Source of the DNA: Chthonomonadales bacterium
GTDB lineage: Bacteria > Armatimonadota > Chthonomonadetes > Chthonomonadales > Chthonomonadaceae
NCBI GenBank assembly: GCA_038217285.1
Contig: JBBQPO010000224.1
Location: 1-10,366 of the forward strand
Length of the DNA stretch: 10,366 nucleotides
Reading direction: 5' to 3'
The translations under genes and the position numbers were made by a program. Positions 1-6,602 of this stretch are shown one piece after another. Position 1 is the stretch's first letter; the number at the start of each line of letters is the position of its first letter. Below the pieces are notes generated by a model. It searched no databases and had not been told where the DNA came from. It saw only the letters and a list, made by a program, of their open reading frames with translations.

Positions 1-2
1 GC

Positions 3-413
3 AACCAACTTGCCTCTTTCCCTCTTGAGATTGTGCTACTCATCACGCTGACAGAACTCTCTCTGGACGACAACCTTCTGACGTCGCTACCTCTAGAGAT
101 CGGACAGCTTATAAACCTAAAGGAACTCTACCTCTGTGACAATGCGCTGACTGTCCTACTACCGGCAATCGGTCGACTTACGAAGCTCAAGACACTTGAC
201 CTCTACAACAATGCGTTGACCTTTTTGCCTCCTGAACTGGGTTACCTCACTAATCTGACGGACCTTGATCTATATGGTAATTATCTGCCGGACGAGGTGT
301 TGAAAGTGTTTTGGAAAGGAACACCACTGCTCTTTGCATATCGTTCGCAAATAGACATTCGAAAGCGCTCCCTCCCGCCTGATATTCGGCAAGAGTCGGA
401 GCAGGGAACATGA
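3..413 (+). CDS. Leucine-rich repeat protein, C-terminal part (5' truncated by window edge)
   Basis: Frame is open from base 3 (NQLASFPLEIVLL...). Successive 23-residue repeats LxxLxLxxNxLxxLPxEIGxLxx: LTELSLDDNLLTSLPLEIGQLIN, LKELYLCDNALTVLLPAIGRLTK, LKTLDLYNNALTFLPPELGYLTN, LTDLDLYGN. TGA stop at 411-413. The ORF-track start at 33 is an internal GTG. Confidence 0.92.
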   Translation, partial: NQLASFPLEIVLLITLTELSLDDNLLTSLPLEIGQLINLKELYLCDNALTVLLPAIGRLTKLKTLDLYNNALTFLPPELGYLTNLTDLDLYGNYLPDEVLKVFWKGTPLLFAYRSQIDIRKRSLPPDIRQESEQGT

Positions 414-452
414 AAATTTGGTTGCATTAGGCGCGTAAGCAGACATGCAGAA

Positions 453-490
453 GCCCCTGTCAACTCCTGAGGTCAGGAAGGGACAGGGGC
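453..490. terminator. GC-rich hairpin between convergent genes, probable terminator
   Basis: GCCCCTGTC (453-461) pairs with GACAGGGGC (482-490), with inner TCCTG/CAGGA stem; lies between stops at 413 (+) and 504 (-). U-tract is weak on both strands. Confidence 0.55.
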
Positions 491-503
491 CGAACCTTGT
501 GTT

Positions 504-1748
504 TTAGAGTGTATTGTCGAGTTGGCGGCGCTGGGTGACCTGCATGACGGCGTCCGAAACCTCTTTGGCGAGGGCGGCGATTGTCTTGTTCTGGGCAGTA
601 GCGTCGGCTTCAGTCAGCACGACGACGCTGCGGGCCAGCACTTTGGTCTGGTCGCGACTGGCATGCACTTCGTAGGGCTGCAGGCTGTTGTCTATCAGGC
701 TGTTAAAACCTTTAGCGACCTTCTGCGCCCGCTGCTCAGCGGTCTGCGAATCGGACGGATAGATGTGGCAGAGCGTCACGCCATGCCATTTCAACTCCGC
801 CATGTCTGGTTTGCTGCCGATACCTTTGAATATCGTGATCGTGATCAACAGGTTCGGATCGACTTCGCTGAGATGGATCGGCAGGTGCAGCTCTTGCAGT
901 AGCTCTTTCGCGGAGGCGGCGCGCTCGTTGCCGGGCGGGTGGGTGCGGAAGATACCAAGGTCGCCGTAGGTGCGATTGCGCTCATCGGCGGCGAGGCGCA
1001 GCATAAAACTGTAGAGGCCGGTCGGATTGTAGTGCGTGTGGGTCAGCAGCAGGATGGCGCTGTGGTCCGCGTCCTCCTCCGCCTTCACGCCGTAGGTGTT
1101 GCTCTTGGCAGTCATGTAGAGATAGGCGCCGTTGACGGCGTTGCCGATGTCGTTGGCCTGCGCTTTGGTGGCGATCAGGATCGCGGCCAGCGCCGGAATG
1201 AGCACATTCTGGATCTTGTTCTGCTCGTGCTGCAGCGTCACCATGTGGTGGTGCAGGGCATGAGAAACCTCGTGCGCCAGGACGCCCGCAAGCTCGTCGT
1301 CGGAATGCACATAGTCGAGCAGGCCCTTATTCACATAGATGAAGCCGCCGGGCAGCGAATAGGCGTTCACATCTTTGTCATCGACGATCTTAAACGAGTA
1401 GTTGAACTTCTTGAGCTGGGAACTGCCCCACTTGGCCGGAATAGGAGTCGTGTTCGCGATCCCTGCGATCTCCTGACCGACCCGATTGACACGCTCCACC
1501 AGCTTCGCATCCGTGACCAGCGTGACATGTTTGTCGTTCTCTTCGGCATTCTCGCGCCCGATCCGGACCTCGTTATCTTCGCTCAACACGATGACAGGCT
1601 TTTTAGGGTCCGTTTTCGCCGCAGGAGGCGACGTCTGTGCCTGACCGCGTGGCGTCAGGCCGCACGCGCCGATCAACAGCAGACCGAGCGAGAGGGTGTA
1701 GAGACGCCGGGTTCGAAGGAAAGAAACCGAGCCGGGACGACAGAGCAT
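504..1748 (-). CDS. M48 family zinc metalloprotease (BepA/YfgC/LoiP-like catalytic domain), exported, with extra C-terminal region
   Basis: Motifs VNAYSLPGGFIYVNKGLL, DELAGVLAHEVSH (HExxH), EEDAD, THP..ER typical of peptidase M48; N-terminal basic+hydrophobic signal (possible lipobox IGAC or SPase I site GQA-Q); AAAGG SD upstream of ATG 1748. Confidence 0.93.
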   Translation of the reverse strand: MLCRPGSVSFLRTRRLYTLSLGLLLIGACGLTPRGQAQTSPPAAKTDPKKPVIVLSEDNEVRIGRENAEENDKHVTLVTDAKLVERVNRVGQEIAGIANTTPIPAKWGSSQLKKFNYSFKIVDDKDVNAYSLPGGFIYVNKGLLDYVHSDDELAGVLAHEVSHALHHHMVTLQHEQNKIQNVLIPALAAILIATKAQANDIGNAVNGAYLYMTAKSNTYGVKAEEDADHSAILLLTHTHYNPTGLYSFMLRLAADERNRTYGDLGIFRTHPPGNERAASAKELLQELHLPIHLSEVDPNLLITITIFKGIGSKPDMAELKWHGVTLCHIYPSDSQTAEQRAQKVAKGFNSLIDNSLQPYEVHASRDQTKVLARSVVVLTEADATAQNKTIAALAKEVSDAVMQVTQRRQLDNTL

Positions 1749-1858
1749 ATTACAACTGCCTTTCTGCGCACAGTTCCGAAGCGAAGACTACCGAAGACTT
1801 ACCTATCATACGGAGGGACGAGGCCGGAGAGCACAAAGTTCGCCGTATGGACAGTGTC

Positions 1859-1887
1859 ATTATATCATACGTTCATTGCGGTAGCAA
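1859..1887 (-). promoter_or_regulatory. Sigma70-type promoter for the M48 protease gene
   Basis: Minus strand TTGCTA (1887-1882) - 17 bp - TATAAT (1864-1859), with extended -10 TGn; overlaps the 3' end of the upstream CDS. Confidence 0.75.
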
Positions 1888-2388
1888 ATCTTCCGAAGCG
1901 CCGTCTTCCCACGTCAGTTTCGCGTCGAGCAACTCCTGACTGAGCAGAAAACGCACGGACTGGAGCCCGCTCAGGTCGCTGCCAGTCCCGTCGGGTCGGA
2001 GGCCCAGGCTGACCCAGAGGCCGTCCACCGAATTGGGATTCATGCAGGTGATCGCCAGACGGCGACCGAGTGCGACGACCTCAATGGTGCAGGGGAAGAG
2101 TTCGGAGTGCTGCTGCGTCTTACTGCCCGTTACCGCTGTCACGTAACGGTACAGGGTCGCCCGTACCGTCGGCGTAGAGATGCCATCGGTAGGCACTTCC
2201 ACCGAGATCGAAAGACTGTCCACATCGATCTGTGGAACCTCTGTGTCGTTCAAAAATAGAAAGAAGGTGAGCGGGCTGATCTGGGTCACGATCACCTGGA
2301 CCAGTCCGCCGCCCTGGATCTTCGCCACGTCCGCCGCTGCGCTGCGGGGCGGCGAGGCCCCGTTGTTCTGTGCCGGTTTGCCGAACAC
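1873..2388 (-). CDS. Hypothetical cytoplasmic beta-rich protein, 171 aa (B')
   Basis: GTG start preceded by AAAGGGA SD; no signal peptide; alternating hydrophobic beta-strand pattern; co-oriented 43 bp after upstream stop at 2432. Confidence 0.8.
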   Translation of the reverse strand: MFGKPAQNNGASPPRSAAADVAKIQGGGLVQVIVTQISPLTFFLFLNDTEVPQIDVDSLSISVEVPTDGISTPTVRATLYRYVTAVTGSKTQQHSELFPCTIEVVALGRRLAITCMNPNSVDGLWVSLGLRPDGTGSDLSGLQSVRFLLSQELLDAKLTWEDGASEDLLPQ

Positions 2389-2431
2389 GTTTGTCCCTTT
2401 CTTGCGCGAGCCTCTCCTGAAGCAGAGACCC

Positions 2432-3100
2432 CTAATTGTAGGTGGTGTAGCGAACTTTCCGACGTCCCCCGGCGAACAGTCGCACGATCACCCAGAACAG
2501 GGCGATGAAAATGAACAGGGAGAGGAACAGGTGGAAGAAGCTGAAACCACCCGGAACCATATAGCCGTTGTCGAGGTAGGGCGCGTTGTAGTAGAATGCG
2601 GGATGGAACGGCGTGTAGTAGTACCACATCGGCGAGCCCCAGTAGTAGCTGTAGCCCGACCAACCGCCGCCGTAGCGCGTCGGGTAGGAGCTGCCGCGGT
2701 AGGAGTAGCTGGAAGGTATGCCGCCGGAAGAGCGGGAATAGCTCTGGGAGCCGAAGGAGCCGCTGCGCCCGAAAGAGCCGCCGCTGCTGGAGCGTCCGAC
2801 CGAACCGCCTCCGAAGGAGCTGCTGGAACGGCTTCCGCCTCCGAACGCTCCGCCCCCACCGAAGGAGCCTCCGCCACTGGAAGAGCGCGATCCTCCAAAA
2901 GAGCCGCCCGAGGAACGGCTGCCGCCGAACGAGCCTCCGCCGCCTCCGAACGAGCGCCCACCGCCAAAAGATCCTCCGCCCCCACCGCCGCGTCGCTGGG
3001 CATCTACGCCCGTCATCGGCAGCGCGATCAGCGCCGCCAGGAACCCGACGACGACCAGCCTCAAACCCTGTGACAACCGCGAACTCTGTCTGTTTCTCAT
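2432..3100 (-). CDS. Gly/Ser-rich FG-repeat protein with signal peptide and C-terminal TM helix, 222 aa (A')
   Basis: Start reassigned to ATG 3100 (GAGG upstream; avoids overlap with 3213 stop). Signal peptide MRNRQ...VVVGFLAALIALPMTGVDA|Q; nine (S/A)FG motifs; Tyr/Trp-rich segment; TM FHLFLSLFIFIALFWVIVRLF; basic tail GGRRKVRYTTYN. Confidence 0.85.
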   Translation of the reverse strand: MRNRQSSRLSQGLRLVVVGFLAALIALPMTGVDAQRRGGGGGGSFGGGRSFGGGGGSFGGSRSSGGSFGGSRSSSGGGSFGGGGAFGGGSRSSSSFGGGSVGRSSSGGSFGRSGSFGSQSYSRSSGGIPSSYSYRGSSYPTRYGGGWSGYSYYWGSPMWYYYTPFHPAFYYNAPYLDNGYMVPGGFSFFHLFLSLFIFIALFWVIVRLFAGGRRKVRYTTYN

Positions 3101-3212
3101 CTTTTTTTCAACCTCATGCGCAGGACCGTTCTCTCTGGCGCTGTAAGGCGCACGGCTGAGAAAAACCGAACCCGTCGCTCCTCGAAATGCCCGAAAGAGA
3201 ATCGCTGCCGGT

Positions 3213-3659
3213 TCACGCAATGGTGAACGTAGCGACCTCGTCCGAGCCGAACCAGTGCGCTTTGTAGAGCGTGATGTACGCCTGCACGACATTATCGACG
3301 GCGTTCACATCGACGTAGAGATCGACGATGTTGTTGGTGACGTCCCGTCCATTGTACCAGACCCTGGTAAAGTTAAAGTCGAACATCGGGTGTGTGTTCT
3401 CGACGATGATGCTATGACCCGGAAAGTCGATCTCCAGGCGTCCGGGAAAGATGCCAAGTTCGGCCTGGGGATTGTCCTGTGGGCGCACGATCGCGCTGAT
3501 TGTGCCGCCCATATTGACGCCGCCGCGATCCGGCTCATTGTAGTCGTCCCGGCCCGCGCGTAACTCGACAAACAACTGCGCCGCCATCACTTCCTGGCCG
3601 TTGTTGAAGAGGGTCGTGCTGTCCCAGTCACCGCCCGTGCGAAAAATCATATTGTTCAT
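3213..3659 (-). CDS. Hypothetical cytoplasmic beta-rich protein, 148 aa (B)
   Basis: True start most likely ATG 3659 (MNNMIFRT...) with GGGAGA SD; the ORF-track extension to 4169 is an alternative frame of the upstream Gly-rich gene. Globular composition, no signal peptide. Confidence 0.85.
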   Translation of the reverse strand: MNNMIFRTGGDWDSTTLFNNGQEVMAAQLFVELRAGRDDYNEPDRGGVNMGGTISAIVRPQDNPQAELGIFPGRLEIDFPGHSIIVENTHPMFDFNFTRVWYNGRDVTNNIVDLYVDVNAVDNVVQAYITLYKAHWFGSDEVATFTIA

Positions 3660-3691
3660 GTGTGCGCGTCTCTCCCAAAAGGGGTTATATG

Positions 3692-3722
3692 GCTCCCCTC
3701 CCGAATTTGGCAGGAGGGGAGC
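3692..3722. terminator. Intercistronic hairpin
   Basis: GCTCCCCTCC (3692-3701) / GGAGGGGAGC (3713-3722) perfect 10-bp stem 10 nt after the stop at 3733; no adjacent U-tract, so may be a stabilising/partial terminator structure. Confidence 0.5.
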
Positions 3723-3732
3723 GAAGGAAAAC

Positions 3733-4890
3733 CTAGCGGCGTCGTCCACTGCCGAACGAGCCGCCTCCGGACGAGCGGCCTCCGCCACCGAAGGAGGAGC
3801 CGCCGGAAGGTCGGCTGCCGCCTCCAAACGAGCTGCCCCCGCTGGGGCGGCTGGGAGCGCTATAGCCGGTCGAACCACCGCCGAAGGAGCTGCCACCGCT
3901 CGGGCGACTGCCGAAGGAGCCGCCGGGCGAACCCGAAGGTCGGCTCCCGAAGGAGCCTCCCGCACCAGGTGCGGAGCCTCCGAATGTCCCTGTCGGGCGT
4001 CCCGATCCGAAGGTGCCTGTAGGTCGGCTGCCGAACGTTCCGGACGGGTTCGACCTGCCCGATCCGAACGATCCTGTCGATCCGCTTGCGCCTCCCCGAT
4101 TGAACGACCCTGTCCCTCCGAACGTTCGGCCCGAGATACCGCGCGCCGTGTTGTAGTTGTTGTAGACAACGCGTGAACGGAAGTAGCCGGGGGTCGAGGT
4201 GTAGTAGCTGTGATAGCTGTTATAGTCCGAGTAGCGGTGGCCGCCGACGCTGATGTACCAGCCCGGCATCCAGGCGAAATGATTGTAGGGAGAGTAGCCC
4301 CACATCCCGCCGTAGTAGTTCATGCCGGGATACCAGCCCATACCCACGTAGTCGTTCCAGGTCGGAGCCAGGGCGACGTACATGGGGCGCGAGTAGGCGT
4401 AGTCCTGCGGAATGGGATACCAGCGCGCGCCCTGCGCGGCCGCATTCTCCAGCCCGTCGCCGGGGCGCAGATAGAGGGTCGGGACGCCGTCCTCATTACG
4501 GAAGTAAGCCTGCCCACTGCTGCGGCCGAACTTCATCACGTACATGTTGTTGTTGGCGAACGGCACGACGATGGTCTCGCCGCTCTGCGCGAAAATCTGG
4601 TAGCCGCCCTGATCGAACGTGGCCCGCGTGATCGGCACGTCCTGATTGACCGGCACATCCTGCCACTGATAGACGCTGCCGCCCGCCGCATTCCCCGCGA
4701 CCGAACCGCCCATACCTTGTTGAGGAGCGGCATACCCTGGGTTCTGGCCGCCCATTCCCTGCTGCGGAGCGGCATACCCCTGGTTCTGGTTCATAGGCGG
4801 AGCCATCCCCACGGGCCGGGGCTGTGAACATCCTATCAGGAACGACATTCCCAGCGCCGACACGACAGCAAGCGACACAAGTCGTCTCAT
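3733..4890 (-). CDS. Lipoprotein with C-terminal Gly/Ser-rich FG-repeat tail, 385 aa (A)
   Basis: ATG 4890 with AAAGGA SD; signal MRRLVSLAVVSALGMSFLIG|C21 (lipobox LIGC); Gln/Gly linker; globular beta segment; Tyr/Trp/Gly-rich segment; eleven (S/T)FG(G/S) motifs ending SFGSGRRR. Confidence 0.88.
   Translation of the reverse strand: MRRLVSLAVVSALGMSFLIGCSQPRPVGMAPPMNQNQGYAAPQQGMGGQNPGYAAPQQGMGGSVAGNAAGGSVYQWQDVPVNQDVPITRATFDQGGYQIFAQSGETIVVPFANNNMYVMKFGRSSGQAYFRNEDGVPTLYLRPGDGLENAAAQGARWYPIPQDYAYSRPMYVALAPTWNDYVGMGWYPGMNYYGGMWGYSPYNHFAWMPGWYISVGGHRYSDYNSYHSYYTSTPGYFRSRVVYNNYNTARGISGRTFGGTGSFNRGGASGSTGSFGSGRSNPSGTFGSRPTGTFGSGRPTGTFGGSAPGAGGSFGSRPSGSPGGSFGSRPSGGSSFGGGSTGYSAPSRPSGGSSFGGGSRPSGGSSFGGGGRSSGGGSFGSGRRR
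4706..4789 (-). repeat. Two-copy 42-bp tandem repeat in the lipoprotein linker
   Basis: Units 4706-4747 and 4748-4789 encode QNQGYAAPQQGMGG and QNPGYAAPQQGMGG, with synonymous differences. Confidence 0.9.
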
Positions 4891-4991
4891 TCTCGAATCC
4901 TTTCGGAGCAGGAAGAGCGTAACTCTCCTGCCGGAGCGCAGCGGGAGCAAAATCTCCCGCATAGTGAACGCGATTACGCTTACATAGGTTT

Positions 4992-5020
4992 TTAGACGAC
5001 GGAAAAGCGGGAAGGCTACC
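4992..5020 (-). promoter_or_regulatory. Putative ECF-sigma promoter for the four-gene cluster
   Basis: Minus strand GGTAGC - 16 bp - CGTCTAA, resembling the AAC-N16-CGT(C) ECF consensus with one -35 mismatch. Confidence 0.45.
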
Positions 5021-5050
5021 GTACGGGCCGCATAAAAGTTGCGCGACGAT

Positions 5051-6331
5051 CTATGCTGTCATGGGTGGGGTGCCGAAGGCCGCCTGGTTCTGCTGGGCGG
5101 CACGCCACGAGAACGCGTTGGGGCCGAACAGCGCCTCCGGCACCGGCGCGATGCTACCCAACTCGATCAGGCCCGTCGCGGCCGTCTCACCGCTCAACAC
5201 GATGTCACCCGGTTCGGCGCGCTGCTGCAAAAAGACGGCGCGATCTATAGCGGGAGAGTGCATGACGGTGGGAGGCGTAGTGGTACTGACGTAGCTCTCG
5301 CCCGCGCTGATGCCGCAGCGCAGTTGAAAGGGCAGCGGCAGGCGATTCAGAGCGACATTGAAGCCCGATATGCCTTCCTGCATGCGGCGAGCCGCGCGAA
5401 CCGCCGAGGTTTCCGAAGGGAACAAGAAGAGCCGGGCGTCGCCGCCTAAGCTCTGCAGCATTCCCCCACAACCCTGCGCCACCTCATCTGCCCAACGCTG
5501 ATACTGCCCGAAGGTGTGATCGACGGTCTGCGGCGGGGCGCTCCCTCGCATTTCGGAGGGCCGAACCACCTCCACGCTCAGGAAAGCATGGCGCATCGAC
5601 GTCACGGCTGGCTGCTGCATGGTGGTGAGAAAACTCTGTATCTCCTGTTTCGAGACAATCGTCTCTTCGCTCGCTCTGGCAAACATGGGGAAATAGGTCT
5701 GCCGCATGCTGGCGCCCATGGAGGCGAAATAGGTCGCTGCCGGGATTCCGAACAGATTGTAGAGGAGTATCGCGCCCGTCATCATGCCGCCGTTGATCTG
5801 CTCGGGGTAGAGGTGCCGATAGTAGAGATAGGGGAATGTCGGGGAGAGCGAAAGTATCAGCAGGGCCGCCGACATCGTCGAGAGCTTCTTTTTGCCGGTG
5901 AGAAATCCCATCAGAGCGGCGAGAGGCACCGGGGTCAGGAGCGTGAACAGAGTCATGAAGCCGGGGCTCGAGTGCCACATGTAGGCCATCGGTCCCCAGA
6001 AGAGCGGCAGACTGAGGGCGCACAGGGCCGCGACGAACTCTCCGCTGCGCACAGGATTGTCTGAGAGGAGCTCTGCGGTCGTTATCAGCTCGCTCTGCCC
6101 GTTTTCGCTCTGCTGTTCGACCTGATGCTGCGCTTCGACGCTTGAAATCGCCTGATGGATGAAGGCCGGTTGCAGCCCGACCTCCAGGCCGATGGATTCC
6201 ATCTCGCCCGCCGTAAGCGTATCCTGGTGTTCCCGTTGCAGGCGCGCGGCTAGCGCCGTCACCTTGCGAATCGTTTCCGGGTCATAGCGGCGCTCCGATT
6301 CCGGCTGTTCTTCATTATAGGTCATCGGCAT
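5051..6331 (-). CDS. Membrane protein with C-terminal class III adenylate/guanylate cyclase-like domain (degenerate active site)
   Basis: GAGGGG SD; N-terminal helical domain; about four TM segments (aa ~98-205); cyclase-fold motifs AFLSVEVV, GGDARLFLF, AVRAARRMQ, LRCGISAGE, AEPGDIVLSGET. Confidence 0.85.
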   Translation of the reverse strand: MPMTYNEEQPESERRYDPETIRKVTALAARLQREHQDTLTAGEMESIGLEVGLQPAFIHQAISSVEAQHQVEQQSENGQSELITTAELLSDNPVRSGEFVAALCALSLPLFWGPMAYMWHSSPGFMTLFTLLTPVPLAALMGFLTGKKKLSTMSAALLILSLSPTFPYLYYRHLYPEQINGGMMTGAILLYNLFGIPAATYFASMGASMRQTYFPMFARASEETIVSKQEIQSFLTTMQQPAVTSMRHAFLSVEVVRPSEMRGSAPPQTVDHTFGQYQRWADEVAQGCGGMLQSLGGDARLFLFPSETSAVRAARRMQEGISGFNVALNRLPLPFQLRCGISAGESYVSTTTPPTVMHSPAIDRAVFLQQRAEPGDIVLSGETAATGLIELGSIAPVPEALFGPNAFSWRAAQQNQAAFGTPPMTA

Positions 6332-6534
6332 GGTTGTCTATCCCCTCACAGAATAACTCAGGGCTCATTCGCTTCCCGACGAAGCGACAACGCACGGCGT
6401 ACATGGGGTTGGGGTGCCTCCTGCGCCGATATACCGACGGCAGAAGTAACCTGTTCCGATTCTATACGGGTGAGTGCTGCCTCACGTTCGCTAGATTTCG
6501 ACCTTCCTTAAACGATTCCTGCCTACAAGAGACA

Positions 6535-6564
6535 TTGACGTCCTGTCCCCACAGAGCGTACAAT
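6535..6564 (+). promoter_or_regulatory. Sigma70-type promoter for permease-MFS pair
   Basis: TTGACG (6535-6540) - 18 bp - TACAAT (6559-6564), about 40 bp upstream of ATG 6603. Confidence 0.7.
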
Positions 6565-6602
6565 AGGGGCACCCTGAATTTGGGCGAGGAGTGCGACTGC
6601 GC

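Noticed and set aside
939-1943. 334-aa plus-strand ORF and other antisense ORFs (6462..7409, 7532..8143, 8225..8884, 9129..9887), plus 7459..9057
   Set aside because: Overlap well-supported genes; typical high-GC shadow ORFs without recognisable motifs.
2488-3159. Several long overlapping ORFs (2180..3073, 2488..3003, 2596..3159, 2292..2663)
   Set aside because: Shadow frames of GC-rich Gly/Ser repeats; no SD or domain features.
3145-3184. CCGAACCCGTCGCTCCTCG resembles the 3' part of the c-di-AMP (ydaO) riboswitch
   Set aside because: Antisense to the flanking genes and lacks the GGGGGAACC/GGGGTGAAT core; likely coincidence.
2750-4130. Recurrent GCCGAAGGAGC/CCGAACGAGC DNA repeats as a CRISPR or non-coding array
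   Set aside because: They are SFGG codons, irregularly spaced, in frame and with synonymous variation.
3660-4169. ORF-track N-terminal extension of the 3213 ORF (318 aa)
   Set aside because: Ala/Arg/Pro-rich alternative frame of the Gly-rich lipoprotein tail; a good SD and ATG exist at 3659.
6317-6403. Short minus-strand upstream ORF (MYAVRCRF...) overlapping the cyclase-like start
   Set aside because: SD spacing is long and there is no other support.
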